Below, piece after piece: positions 28,256-41,754 of a stretch of DNA of 64,000 nt (position 1 is its first letter; every line of letters starts with the position of its first letter). The stretch is taken from contig NC_057752.1 of NCBI RefSeq assembly GCF_004010195.1, positions 4,406,590 to 4,470,589 on the forward strand, written 5' to 3'. A program made the position numbers and the translations under genes. Origin of the DNA: Chiloscyllium plagiosum (Eukaryota). Below the pieces are notes generated by a model. The model ran no database searches, was not told the DNA's origin, and was given only the letters and a program-made list of their open reading frames with translations.

Positions 28256-29966
28256 TTGAGTGTTAATTACTTTTAGGGCAAAAAATCCTGTGTACATGAA
28301 AACCAAATCCACATTGCTTAGAAAAAAAGTTTTCCATTTGGAGACATATTTGGTATATCACCAAAAAAATCAAAGTTCCCTGCTTATCCATGGTAAAAGG
28401 TACATAGACAAACCCTGGATCTGACTGACTGGAATGGGGAAAGGAAAAACAAAAGGCACGATCACTATCTGGTTTCATCTATCAACAAGTTCATTTGCAG
28501 ACATTGAGTTCTTGATGCATTCTCCCAGCCAAACAGTCTACTGACAAATTATCTTAACTTTCACATCAAGAATGGGTACTTGCAATGGAGAACTTCAGCA
28601 AGAGCTAGTACTTTCAAGAGTGGATGGCGGGGGAATTGCACAAGTAATAATAAAAGGTAATTTCCTTCATTCTCTATATCTTAACGGTGGCTAAAATACC
28701 ACGCGAGTAATCAGGCTGTAAAAGCCTTTAACGGTATCCCACAGCTTGTCAAGAGGAACAGCTCAATGTAATTTTATTTTCCTCTTTGGAATCACCTGTT
28801 GTCTAATTCTCAGTAACATGACTGTGCTCACCCAGTCTCTGGAAGCCATAACCCCATAAGTAGCTGCTCAAAATATTCCCAAATGTTGCATTGTGAACAC
28901 TGCATTAGTCGGCATCTACATGTTGACATTTACTTTAAAGAAGCAGTAATACAAGGTAATGGTTCTATATGCCAGTATTACTGGCCAGACTTGTATCGGA
29001 TTATGTGACAGTACTTCAGCTATTGTGTTGGGGCTGTTACAATGATTTTATGAACAGGATTAAGGAGTTAAAAAGGTAGATTAACCAAGTGCTTTTCATG
29101 CCATCAAATCGAAACCTGACTAATCAGGAAAGAAAAGCAAAACCTTGTCACTGCTGTCCGAAACTCACTGCAAAGATCTTTGTTAGTTATAACTCTCTAC
29201 CCTAACTATAAATGGTGGAAACACCCTAAATTCCTTCATCCAAAATTGAAGACAGATTTCTTTACCTCATCTTAAGGAAAGTCTTGTGAGGATAAAGGGA
29301 AAAAAGTCATACTTGCTTCAGTTTTAGAAAACTGAAATTTTCTTGGACTCCACATCACTTACTCTTCTTTCAAATGTAAAGTTTGTTACCTTAGTCAATA
29401 ATACAATTAGGAAATTACTTCAATGTAAAGACTTTCCTTTCTTTAAAAACTCTTATCATCCTTTTACATTCTATGAATACGCCACTACACAATTTAAGGC
29501 ACAGCTCAGGCTCATTTCTACTACATATCACTATCACTTTTGAAGCATAAGACAGCTGTCTTCTCCAAAACATTTGGCTGGAAAGGGGAAATCAAAACAG
29601 CAACAAAACACTTTCAGATCTGTAACAGTAGCCACCTGGCAAGTTCACTCAACTGTCACTTCGCAGGCTAAAGCTGATATTTGATTGCTGGCTACAATTT
29701 AAAATTTTAAATCACATGCACAGATTTGTGGAAAAGAAGGCTTTTGTCCTCAAAAAAAAATTAAACCCACCCCCAGGTAACCCTTGTACATTTAGTAGTC
29801 AGCAAGTGACATACCATTCAAGGAAGCAACAGCTACTATGGGGCATTATGAATGGCAGTTAGTAGACCAGATAATGTAAATAGACTGCTCATCACTTCTT
29901 AGAACAGAAAGTTGGAAATAATTTTGCCTTTCAAAGACTTAGTTTCTTAAAAAAAAAGTTACTTAC

Positions 29967-30060
29967 ACTGGCACCTCTTCCTGAGGTACATATCCTTCCC
30001 TTACTCGTCTTGGTTTCCGCCAGGTCCCATCAGGGCGCTGAGAGGCAGGAATATATTTGC
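29967..30060 (-). CDS. PYM1: PYM1 coding exon 2 (Mago-Y14-binding domain)
   Basis: atttgcag|GC...GT|gtaagt; 94 nt encoding [30 protein letters not shown], the hallmark PYM N-terminal motif. Confidence 0.98.
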
Positions 30061-31049
30061 CTGCAAATATTGAGAAAGAACATTTTAAATACTGAATAGG
30101 GAATTCTATGTAGTAAGAAGCATAGAAACAGTTACTGAAATCAGTCCTATCAAAGCTAAATCTTAAGTTTTATGCTCCAAATGACCGGTGGGAAAAAAAT
30201 ATAGCACTGTTAATCTTATTGTAAAACTAAATGTTTGGTAACCACAGAACATTAAGAGATCTTAAACAGTTCTTCATATCCTCAGTTCTCACCCTTCCCT
30301 ACGTGAGAAGTAGGGGAAAAAAATATTGGAAAAGTCAGGTTTCAGCAATTAGAAAAATGCAAAACTCTAGGTTAGACACCAGCCAAACTTTGGCAAATGA
30401 AGAACTAGTGCAGGAATACAGTAGCTATCCAATATCTAATCAGCTATCTTTCATGCACAAATTGATGATAATACCTCAACATTTCTCAAATGTAACAACA
30501 GGTTAAAAATTCCAAAAGAACTGCAAACCTGCACTGACCAGCACCTCTCAGTGTCCATAAGCACAGCTTGATGTCCAGTCACCAATTTTTCCTTTCGAGG
30601 CAGCTCCTAGTTTTTTTTAAAAAAACCTTTTTACAATGTCCACCATCTTGAGCTACCAAGTGGGGGAAATAGCAGCAAAAGCTCATCTCAAACGAGTGGT
30701 TACACATTCCATTTTACTTAAATCAAAGTGTTTAATTTGAGAAAAATAAATTTAAAATGGTTAAACAGGGACAGTACTTCAGCTCATCCACAATCAGTAT
30801 ATTGCTTCTCCAACAATTTTTGTTTCAGATTTCCAGTCTCCACAGTTGTTTTTATTTCAAAATAAAAAGTTTATTGGCTATTGGAAAGTGAACTTACAGT
30901 ATCATTCAAGTCTTCTGACACTTCATAAAGACTCCAGAAATAATGTACTTTTGAGGCCATCACTTATCAAGTACAAGATGAAATCAGTGAATTTAAGGCT
31001 TAAAATTCGTTTAACAAAAAAAAAACTTTAAAAATCAGTTTTGGAATTT

Positions 31050-31760
31050 TATGAAGCGAATTTGTTGAACGCGCCAAGAAACCTTGTGAGCATCAGAACA
31101 TTTCAATTCATCATTTAAAGAGAACAAGATTCATCAACTCGAGTTTACGAGTGTGATTTGGTATTGTTTTTGCTCTAGGCCACAAATGCTGCCTCGGATT
31201 TTCCCGACTATTTAGGGCGGCAGGCGCTCTGGTAAAGCTCATAACGAATGCGGCCGCAGGACTTTAGCGATTTAAGCAAAAAACAAAGGAATCAACGGTG
31301 AATATTTGAAACGGTGACTGCCTTCGGGAGTGCCGCCGACCGGGATCGGGGTAAAGATTTCGCTGCCTTTGGCGCCTAGGAACAGGGGGAAAAAAGCGCA
31401 CTCACCCGTCTCGTCCGTCACATAGGCCGCCATGATAGACCAGCCGGAAATTGCGCCCGTCTCCCCTACCATGGCGGGCAGTGAATCACTGCGCCGAGAA
31501 AATCATGAGGAAAATCTAGCTTTGTTTTCTTAAAAATATCGAGTTCTGAAAGATTAGAGGCGGAAGAAGAAAACGCGAATACTCTATTTTGTCCATATAT
31601 TCTCACCCCCACCTCGCTCTCTCCTTCAACGTTTGCCCTGATTGTGTCGCTGTTTCCGCAGGCCACAGGCTTCAGCCCGCGCAGTCTCGCTCAATTTTGA
31701 AGCTCAATAAGTGACCTACTTCACTCCATCTTACTCTTCGATCATAAATTCTCCCACCCC
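31050..31760 (-). promoter_or_regulatory. PYM1: CpG-island promoter / first exon region of PYM1
   Basis: Marked CpG enrichment against a CpG-depleted background; ETS-like CCGGAA (31444) and GCGGAAG (31560) and YY1-like GCCGCCAT around the start codon. Confidence 0.8.
31406..31433 (-). CDS. PYM1: PYM1 coding exon 1
   Basis: atcATGGCG (strong Kozak), MAAYVTDET+G then donor GTGAGT. 28+94+472 = 594 nt = 197 aa + stop. Confidence 0.92.
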
Positions 31761-32254
31761 CTACGTTCAAATTGCCTTTGTCGCTTATACCACCTTTCAC
31801 ATTTAAAAAAAAACTGGGGGAGGGGATTTCCTACCAGATTCGGCAGCAGGAACAGCCTCCATAGCAGCCCTGGAAAAAGACGATTTGAATCACGCCACTA
31901 GGGTGAGACTGGGTGTGGCTCAGTGTCATCAGAACAAGAGCCAACTGAATATCCTTCTTCAGAGGCGGGTCCCCTTCATAAAACACTAATCTGTCAGCAA
32001 ACTGAAACCTGCATGAACTGTTAACACACATCCTTAAATCAGGAAATTGTTTTTTTTAAAACGTTCATCGTAATGAAGACATTCTACTCCTGCAGGATCC
32101 AACAACAAGGCCCAGATAATGAAGGACTAAAACAAAGAACTGCGCGTACTAGAAATCTGAAACAAAAACAAAAATTGCTGAAGAAACTCAGCAAGTTCTC
32201 TCCACAGATAACGAAGGAAGTCTCCTTCTGAACTTGTGGAAACCAGGGGTTTAG

Positions 32255-32412
32255 AGATATAGAGATGTACAGGCCTGGAAACAGACCCTTTGGTCCAACT
32301 CATCCATGCAGACCAGATATCCTAAATTAATCTAGTCCCGTTTGCCAGCATTTGGCCCATATCCATCTAAACGCTTCCTATTCATATGCTCATCCAGATG
32401 CCTATTAAATTT
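32255..32412 (-). mobile_element. CR1 3' terminus
   Basis: ggaaacagaccctttggtccaactcatccatg...ggcccatatcc is the reverse complement of the CR1 3' UTR. Confidence 0.8.
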
Positions 32413-32964
32413 TGTCTGGAGGGTTTCTGAGCCCCAAGAGCCTATAAATAATTGTCCTCTTCAATCAGCAGTGAGCATTGCTAACTCCCCTGGAGAAAAG
32501 ACTTCTGATGACCTTTGCCTCGTTTCATGGGTATCTTAAAGAATGTGGAGAGATTTCTGAAGAAATTTCAGGGCTTAAGTCTTGGCCACCAATAGTGGAG
32601 TAAAGGGAGTGGGGATGCACAAGAGATCTGAATAAGAGAAATATAGTTTTCTTGGAGGTTCAAAGACTGAGGAGTTCTCAGAAATAAAGGAGGACTGATG
32701 CCCGAGAGGAGTTTGAACATCAGGATAAAAATAATAAAGTTAAGCTATGTATGTCAGCCATCACATGGACTTGATGCATGTTAGGATATGACAGCAAAGT
32801 TTTACATGTGTTTATGCAAGATAATTGAAGGTCAGCCAGGAGAGCATAGGAATAGTTGTATCTGAAGGTAACAAGAACAAGGTAGAAGGTTTCAGGAGAT
32901 AACTTTAAGGGTTTTAGTCGCCGGTAAGTTGAAACAGGCAGAGACAAGCAATATTACAACCAAA

Positions 32965-35640
32965 CATATGAATTAGAGCAGGAGTCGGCAAATTCAAGTT
33001 TGCTCTGCCATTCAATGAGATCATGCTGATCCGATTGCCTCCCCAATAACATTTAACTCCTTGCTAATTAAGAATCCATCTACTTTGCCTTAAAACTATG
33101 TAAAGACTGTGCTTCCACCACTGTTTGAGGAAGAAAATTTGAAACATTCATGACCATTTGTGGGAAAAAGAAATTTCATTATTTCTGTCTTAAATGGACC
33201 ACCCCTTACTTTTAAACAGTGACCCTTAGTTCTAAATTTTCCCACAAGAGGAAATAACTTTCCTACATTCACCCTTGGGACCTTTGTATTTTAAGCAAGT
33301 TGTCTCTTACTCTTTGAAACTCCAATCAATACAAGTCTGGCCTGTCCAATTTTTCCTCATAAGATAATCCACTATTTCTAGGTATCAGTCTAGTAAACCT
33401 TCTCTGAACTGCTTCCAATGTATTTACATTGTTCCTTCAATAAGGTGACCAATGCTGTATACAGAACTCAGATGTGATGTCATCTTTGTCCTGTATAGCT
33501 GAAGCATAACCTCCATACTTTTACATTACATTCTGTACGTAATAAACAATAACATTCTATTAGCATTACTAATTCTTTCTGTACTTGCATACTAACCTTG
33601 TGTGAATTATGCAGTAGGGGACCTACCTGTTTGCTTCCCAAAGTTCTGCAATCTTTCACCATTTAGATAATATGCTTATTTTTTATTCTTCTTGCCAAAA
33701 TAGATAATTTCACCTTCCCCAGATTATCCTCTATTTTCCAGAACTTTACCCACTCACATAACCCATTTATATCCCTTTGTAGCCTCTTTATGGGCTCTTC
33801 ACAACATGTTTTTCCTACATCTCTTTGTGTTATCAGCAAATTTAGCAATCATAACTTTTGTCCCTTCATCCAAGTTATTTACACACATTGTAAACAGCTG
33901 AGGCCCCAGCACTGATCCCTGTGGCATACCACTTGTTACCTATTGCCAATGAGAAAATTTCTATTTATGCCTATGCTATGTTTTCAGTTAGCTGGTCAGT
34001 GTTTTACCCATGCTAAAGTGTTACCCTCCATCCCATGAGATCTTATTTTCTGTAGTAAACTTTGATATGGCATCTTATCAAATGCCTTCTAGAGATCTAA
34101 GTACCTGTTTCGTACACTTACTGGTTCCCCTTTATCACAGCATGTTATTTCGTCAAAGAACTCCAATTAGTTGGTTAAACAGAATTTCACATTCATAAGT
34201 CATGTTGACTCTGCCTGATTACCTTGAACCTTGCTAAGTGACTTGCTTTACCTTTAATAATCACTTCTAGCATTTTCTGGATGATAGACATTAAGCTAAC
34301 TGGCCTGTAGTTTTCTGCTGTCTGTGTCCCTCACGTTTTGAAGAAAGGAGTTACATTTGCTATCTTCTAATCTAATCAAGGATGTAGCTAAAAGAACCTC
34401 AATACCACTTGCCCGGTCATTGTAATTTTGCTTGAGTTCCTTCCTCCTTTTTCCAGATCTACATCTATTTCGGGGATGTTACTTGTATCCTCTATAATGA
34501 AACTGATGGAAAATACCTATTCAATTCTTTTGCCATCTGTTTATTTTCTATTATTAATTGGCAAGACAATACTTTCTAGATGACTAGCACTTTGTTAACT
34601 CCTTATATCTATAGAAATATTTCTAGCTAGCTTTCTTTGTACATTAATTTTTTTTCTTCATTTTGATTTTGTCATTCTTTGCTAATTAGCTGGAAGGTTC
34701 ATTTCCAGCTCAGCGAGCAAACCGACATCCAGAACCTCAACCTGAGCTACAAATCTTCTCAAAACTCGTTAATCCAATCTCATTGCGTAATAGCAAGTCC
34801 AGTATAGCCTGCTGTCTGGTTGGCTTCAGAATGTGTTGTTCTCTTAAACGACTCCAAAAATTGACTGTGAACTCCTCATCTAAGCTACTTTTGCCTATCT
34901 GATTTTTCTCATCTGTTTGTAGATTAAAATCGCCCAAGATTATCGCTGTACTTTTCTGATAAACTCCCATCATCCGTTCCCTTAAACTCCATCCCACCCT
35001 GTAATTACTGTTAGGAGCTAGTACACCACTCCATTAAGTGACATCTTGCCTTCATAATTTCTCATCTCTAACCAGAATGCTTCTACATTCTGGTTTCCTG
35101 AATTTAGGTCATCCTCCTTTGTTGTTCAATTAATTAACAGAGCAATCCTAGCTTTTCCTAGCTTCCTGTCCTTCTAAATGCCATGGGTACCCCCCAATAT
35201 TCAGGTCATGACCTGTCATCCTACAGTTGTTAGTTCTTGCTTATATATTACTATTTGCCCTGTCAGTCATCTGTTTTGTTTTGAATGCCACATGCATTCA
35301 GATAAAGAGCCTTTCGTTTTAGCCTTTTATTAATTTTGTAACTTCTAGCTTTATTTGTTGATTTACTCTTAGATTAATACTCACACGCCTTCCTATCACT
35401 GTCTGAAGCTGTAACAAAAACAGAAATTGCTGGGAAGTCTCAACAAGTCTGGCAGCATCTGTGGAGAGAAATCAGAGTTAACATTTCGGGTCCAGTGACC
35501 CTTCTTCAATTCCAGCAATTTCTGTTTTTGTTTCAGATTTCCAGCATCTGCAGTTCTTCTGGTTTTTTGCAGTCTGAAGCTGATCAGGCTGGATCCAGGT
35601 GCACCCACATTCTGCAACTGCAACGCATCACCTGCCCTGC
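32965..35640 (-). mobile_element. Long decayed CR1 LINE (endonuclease to 3' UTR) with nested Penelope remnants
   Basis: Minus-strand IILGDFNL, PTRQQAILDLLL, GMPQGSVLGP (gccccagcactgatccctgtggcatacc), KFADNT. A short PLE tail (gagctacaaatcttctc) sits at ~34690-34770. Confidence 0.8.
35412..35571. mobile_element. Short Penelope-derived inverted-repeat element with 11-bp TSD
   Basis: aacaaaaacagaaattgctgg / ccagcaatttctgtttttgtt inverted arms; TSD GTCTGAAGCTG at 35401-35411 and 35572-35582; minus strand has TGAAGA-A-GGGTC-ACTG-GACCC-GAAAT. Confidence 0.8.
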
Positions 35641-36489
35641 CATTTGTATTGTATATTAATTAAGTAATTAATTAATTATTATATAAATGAACACTTCTTC
35701 TCACTACCAGTTTGTGTATTAACTTACACTTTAGAATGCAATAACTTCACCATTCAAGAATAAGAATATTATCAAATCACTAGTTTCTTACTTTTCTTCT
35801 GTTGGAGTTGCTTAAGTAATTATAAGCTAGGTAATTACAGGTTGTTCAAAAAAATAGTTTTTCTCCATTTGAGTACTTCACACACTCCCTAACAGCAGTT
35901 ACTCACCAAGCAATCAACTCATAACTTCCCTGTGAAATCATTATTTGATTTTGTTTTAATGCCCAGCATAACTGAACTCCTTCCCAATCTGTATATTTTC
36001 CCTTGGTCTACCTCTGCCTCCTCCTCTCTCAAAGTAATGATTATCTTTTTTGACATTTTATTTAGGCATTCACCTTACCACCACTTAGAGTACTAGTAAT
36101 AGAATAGACGTTTCCACTTAAAATTTTAAAAAACATATGATGTCCCAATTTACGTATCTTCCCTAAGAGCAGTTATTTACAAGCCAATCACCTTACAGCC
36201 TTTCTGCTATGTCACCCTTCACACAGGGTCCTCTTGTCCACCACTTGACAAAACTGACAGTTTTTGCTACAAAAATATGTTTTATTCATAAAAAGATTAC
36301 AAAAACAGTTTGACTTGAATTTTATAGCATTTGCAAAATTATTCAATATGTCTTCATACAGCATAGTCCACTCAATATGCTTATAATAACATTAATATTT
36401 ACAAACTATATTCAAACTATCGTCATTTATACGGCCTGAGGGTGAAACCAATTCAATTTAGAACTTTACAGGAAGTGCAAAATGAAGTA

Positions 36490-38737
36490 ACTCCACAGAC
36501 ACCAGTATCCGGTCAGCAAATCACCCTTTATTTACATATGAACAGTCCTTGACTCAGTACTGCTCCATTCGGAGCCAACTATCAGAGTGGCAATATCGCT
36601 GATATTCCCCTTTTTATCTATCAGCCAGGGCTTCCTGTTTACCCACCCCATTCAGGAAAATAATATTCTATGAGGTCCAGCCAGCTGACCTTTTTTACAA
36701 TCACTACAACACTTTCCCTCAGAGTCCGCACACATATGCCGATCCTTTTTCGAGGAGAGCCTCCTGGGACGTTTTAGCACCAGGTCAGATTAATCTGATT
36801 AGGTGTCTGATATGGGTGGTGTGTAACACACGGGAGCTTGCCTTTTGTGCCAAGAACACCTTGGTAGAATTTCTTCTGGCGGCAAAGGCGTTGAGGCGTC
36901 TACATCCGTCATGTCTCAAAGAACTTGAGAGAGGCCGGTATCCCGTCACCCTTTATCTACATTTGATAAGTCCTTGACTCTGGCACAGCCTTGTCAGAGG
37001 CAGCTCTCAGAGTGTCAGAATTTCTGACACTTCTCTTTATCTGTCAGCCAGGGCTCCCTGATTTCATCAGATTAACAGCCCCAATCAGGGAACTCTTTCT
37101 ATGAGGTCCACCTGGCTAACCTTGTTACAATCAATACTTTCTTCTCCCTCTGAGTCCGAGGACATAGGCCAATCCTTTCTCTTGGAGAGCACTTCTGAGA
37201 ATTCTCATCTAAATGCAATTGCAAATACGCATCGCTCATGTCCAGCTTCGTGAAGGACAGCCCCCCACTCCATCCCCGCCAGTTTTGTGTATAAATCCTC
37301 TATGCGAGGGATTGATCGAAAAATGTTGAGCCAATCAAGGTGAATCTCTCTTAACCAGTTATGCCCCATCAGGCTTGAGCCTGAACCTTTTAGACAATTA
37401 CTTGTCGCTAAATCTGCTGCTTTTCATTCAAGACTGGAACCAAAGTTGTCCCCGTAATCTGTAAAGGATCCCCAGTATACATTCTCAGTCTAGCTAAGGG
37501 TTGGGGTTCAGAGCGAATTTTGTTAAAGCCTGGTTCTATGATCACTGATACAGCCGTGCCGGTATCACTAGAACTGGGTGACCATTTAACCAGATGTTTA
37601 TTTTGATTGGTTCTGGTTTGGATGTTGCTAAGCAATTTAACTGTTCCAGACCAGATGTAGGTGGGCTTTCCAGGGTGTGCACTCTCCTGGATACTGGCCT
37701 ATGAGGTCTCTTACTCAATTCAGTGGGACTCTCTTGCTGTTTTGAGTCAGCATTCTGACAGTAACTACAATGGCTTGTCGGCCTGGATCCTGAATAAAAT
37801 TTTCACCGTTTGGCCGAGGCTTGGCTTTATTTTGGGGCTTTGCTGTGGGCTGGCCTAGAGTCCCTCTGTTCAGGATATATCCTGAGTGAGGCTGCACAAT
37901 TGCCTTCACTCAAGTGGTGTTCCCCAAGTTCAGTCAGTGTGGCGAGGGTGCCCACTTCCATCGGAATAGCCTATAACTCATATACTCCACTTGCTGCATT
38001 TTCTAATGACAAAGACAGTTGTAGTGCCTGTTTGAAGTCTAGTTTCATCTAGTAGGCACTTTTGCATGGTTACATAATTAATCCCACATACCAAACGGTC
38101 TCTCAGCATCTCATTAATGTTGAAATCAAAGTCACAGGCTTCTGCCAGTCATCTTAACCTAATCAAAAATCCCACTGCTGATTCCCGATTCTCAAATTGC
38201 TGAGTAAAAACAATAGCGTTCCAGAATTAGAGGGAGCTTGGATCATAATATTCTTTAACTTTATCCATCAATTCTTGAAAGATTTTAGTATGCGTCTCAG
38301 AGAAAGTTAAGCTCCCAATAACCGAACAAGCTGCAGGTCCGCAGGCTGTCAGGAGAGTTACTCATTGCTTTTCATTTGGTCCAATGTCATTTGCTAAAAA
38401 AACCCGCATATTTTCCACATACTGGGCCCACTCTTCTACAGCAGGATTGAACAAGTCAAACTTCACAAATAACTGCATGATGGTAGAAATGCTGATCCCA
38501 ACTCAAAGAGGGCTGTTATGAGCAGGTTTCTACAGGAGCATGCTTTAGAATTAACTCGGTGGTGATGACAGTAAAGAGGCTGGTATCCTGTCACCAAGTC
38601 ACCCTTGATTTATACGTGAACTGTCCATGACTTTAGTACTGACTTCGTCAATGTCAGCTATCTCTGACAATCTCCCTTTTTATCTGTCAGCAGGGGTTCC
38701 TGGTTGGGACTGTTAATCTGGTTCAATCAGGGAACTC
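36490..38737 (-). mobile_element. Gypsy/Ty3 LTR retrotransposon remnant with three LTR-like copies
   Basis: Minus strand gag-like FDLFNPAVEEWAQYVE (~38420-38460), protease DTGTAVSVI (~37540-37566), RT IPRIEDLYTKLAG..SFTKLDMSDAYLQL (~37215-37313). LTR copies ~36490-36708, ~36930-37137 and ~38570-38737; the first two are preceded by polypurine tracts. Confidence 0.85.
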
Positions 38738-38754
38738 ACCCATAGATGGTGGTT

Positions 38755-39168
38755 AAGATGCTAAACAAATATTTTGCATCTAATTACTGTGGACAACGAT
38801 ATGGAAGCCAGAGAACTTGGGAAAATAAATAGATATCTTGACAAGTGTCCATATTATAGAGGAGGTGCTGGATATCATAAAACAGATCAAGGTAGATAAA
38901 TCCCAATGACCTGATCAGGGTGTATCTCAGAACTTTGTGGGAAGCAAGGGAAAAGATTGCTGGGCCCCTTATTGAAATATGTGTATCATCAATTGCCACA
39001 GGTGAGGTACCAATAGACTAGAGAGTTGACCAAAGTGGTGCCATTATTTAAGAAAAATGATAAGGAAATGCCAGGGAACTATCGACCAGTAAGCCGGACG
39101 TCTTTGGTGGGTAAGTTGTTGGAGGGGATTCTGAGAGACAGGATTTACATATATTTGGAAAGGCAAGA
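38755..39168 (+). mobile_element. CR1 RT-region fragment
   Basis: gtagataaatccc...gtggtgccattatttaag...gggaactatcgaccagtaagc (VVPLFK..PGNYRPVS). Confidence 0.85.
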
Positions 39169-39328
39169 GTTGTGATGTAAATATGGTAGAACATTATGTA
39201 TACTACCTACATTATATTTCTATTAGTGTGTATTTTTTCATTAATTATGTGGACTTCTTGATTATCCAGAATATTTGATCAACCAGCATATTCCTAGTCC
39301 TATAGGTTAATAGGAAGTTTACTATAGT

Positions 39329-40067
39329 TCAAAGTTTGTGCGAAGATTTGTAGCTCGGGTGCTCGTTGTTGTGGTTCTGTTCGCCGAGCTAGAAGTTTTT
39401 GTTGCAAACGTTTCGTCCCCTGGCTAGGTGACATCATTAGTGCTTGGGAAGCCTCCTGCGAAGCCCTTCTTTGATGTTTCCTCCGGTGTTTATAGTGGTC
39501 TGTCCCTGCCGCTTCCGGTTGTCAGTTTCAGCTGTCCGCTGTAGTGGTTGGTATGTTGGGTCCAGGTCGATGTGTTTGTTGATGGAGTTTGTGGATGAAT
39601 GCCATGCCTCTAGGAATTCCCTGGCTGTTCTCTGTCTGGCTTGCCCTATGATAGTAGTGTTGTCCCAGTCGAATTCATGTTGCTTGTCTGCATCAACTAG
39701 CCACGAAACGACACGACCAGCTATCCTTAGTAGCCACACACGCAGACAACAAGCAACATGAATTCGACTGGGACAACACTACTATCATAGGGCAAGCCAG
39801 ACAGAGGACAGCCAGGGAATTCCTAGAGGCATGGCATTCATCCACAAACTCCATCAACAAACACATCGACCTGGACCCAATATACCAACCACTACAGCGG
39901 ACAGCTGAAACTGACAACCGGAAGCGGCAGGGACAGACCACTATAAACACCGGAGGAAACATCAAAGAAGCACTTCGCAGGAGGCTCCCAAGCACTGATG
40001 ATGTCACCTAGCCAGGGGACAAAATGTTTGCAACAAAAACTTCCAGCTCGGCGAACAGAACCACAAC
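39329..40067. mobile_element. Penelope-like element forming a ~700-bp palindrome, 13-bp TSD
   Basis: Arms 39368-39691 and ~39743-40067 are near-perfect inverted repeats of the Penelope 3' ORF end (AREFLEAWHSSTNSINKHIDLDP) plus pseudo-LTR. TSD AGTTTACTATAGT at 39316-39328 and 40068-40080. Same family as 12555-13498. Confidence 0.93.
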
Positions 40068-41754
40068 AGTTTACTATAGTATACACATTTTTTAGTAATG
40101 ATGTTAATGAGAAGAAATCTGTAGGGCTGAATGTGCCTTTATTTAGTTCAAATACAGTGCCTTTGTAATGCCAGGTGATGGCTGCATGTTTATTCTTATC
40201 ATACTTTTCTATATCAGTTTTATATAACTGATTGGTGCGTAGTTACAAGTTAGCTACATTGCAGTGGGTTTAGCGTCACAAGTAGGCCAGACCAAGTGAG
40301 GACAGCAGATTCCCTTTCCTAAAGGCCATTAATAAATCATATGGGTTTTTACAACAATCTAGTAGCCTAACAGTAACTGTTTTCTCCAGTATCGAATAGA
40401 TTTTTTTAAAAAGAAATTCCACACAAAAAAGGATTATTCATTCAACAAGTTTGTTGGCTCAACTGGAGTGTTATAGTAAAAAACGATGTATTTTAAAATA
40501 TGCTAACTTTTTCATGTGGCATCAGTGAGCGTGCCTGCACCAGAGGACATCAATCAGAATCAGGAAAGCCACTTGCTTGGTACCAGAAGACCAGTTCCCC
40601 AGATATGGTGATCACATTTATGTGTACTCACAGCAATCCAATCATGGTATTAGGTTGCCAGTTCTACTGGAATGAATTAATGGTTGAAACAGGGTGTATA
40701 CAATTCTCATTAAAACATTAACTGCCATAGTCAGGCTTTTATGATTAGTTGGTGGGCAGCCTCAAGGATTACATAGGTCATCTGGATCAACATACAAAAC
40801 TAATGTACACACCCAGCACTTTCCACATGTTGGCAGTGTTGTTGCTCTGGCTCAGATGGAGGGATGGATTGAGGCACTTAAGATTGTAAGGATTTGATAG
40901 GTTGCTAAGTAATCAGACTACGTTCTCTTTGGGTAAGCCCAGGTTTTAAGAATCTCATCGAGCTGCTTTGACTGTTTAACCTTGTAATACATGACATACA
41001 AGTATATCTCAACCTGAAACAGTACTGATATAGTTAGGGGGAGAGACTTTGGTTTAATTATCGTATCAAAACCAGTCGAGGAGCAGGTACCAAAATATTT
41101 GTAGAAATGGTGCCACCACAAAAAAAAAGTGTTACTTAATGATTTATTCAAAGCAGCATAGGGCATTCCATTTGCAGAAGACGCTACATAAACCAAAACA
41201 AACTGGCTCTATTGATCGAGACAAGATACGTTACAAGCCCTTTGAACTCTCAGAACTTTCACATTTTGGTCTCCACACCCCAAGCTCTTACATGTATTTT
41301 GCACCACCATCATGCCAATAGCTTGAAGAGATTTGGCACTAAATTCCCAGATTCTTCATCCTTTTCACAATTGTTAATTTCTATAAATAATTCAAGTTTG
41401 TGAAGTTCAACAGGTTGCCTGTTACCAAAAAGTATTCAGGTGTGGCCAAAAATAGAGGCTATAATGTGCTACAGATAACAAAAGCTTTCTGGTCATAGGG
41501 ATTATGGCAGCACATTGAAGTTGTCTTGTGATATTAATAGGTAAAAGAAAATTTTGGGAAGTAAATTCAAATCGTAACAGCTCTCCAACTTGAAACCTTG
41601 CACCATCCCGTACACTGTTCAATATTCCAAGATGAATAGAGGGTTAGAGATTGCTTGCAAAAATATTTTTCCACCTTGTGGTGAATTGAGTCACAGTAAA
41701 CTATATTAAAAAAAGTGTAATCCACACAAAAAAAAATGAAACAGCAGCAATAGT

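Noticed and set aside
31027..31120. C/D-box snoRNA-like pattern in PYM1 intron 1 (minus: ATGATGA...CTGA...CTGA with CTTTAA/TTAAAG flanks)
   Set aside because: Terminal stem spacing does not fit a kink-turn and I could not recognise an rRNA/snRNA guide; needs snoscan/Infernal to revisit.
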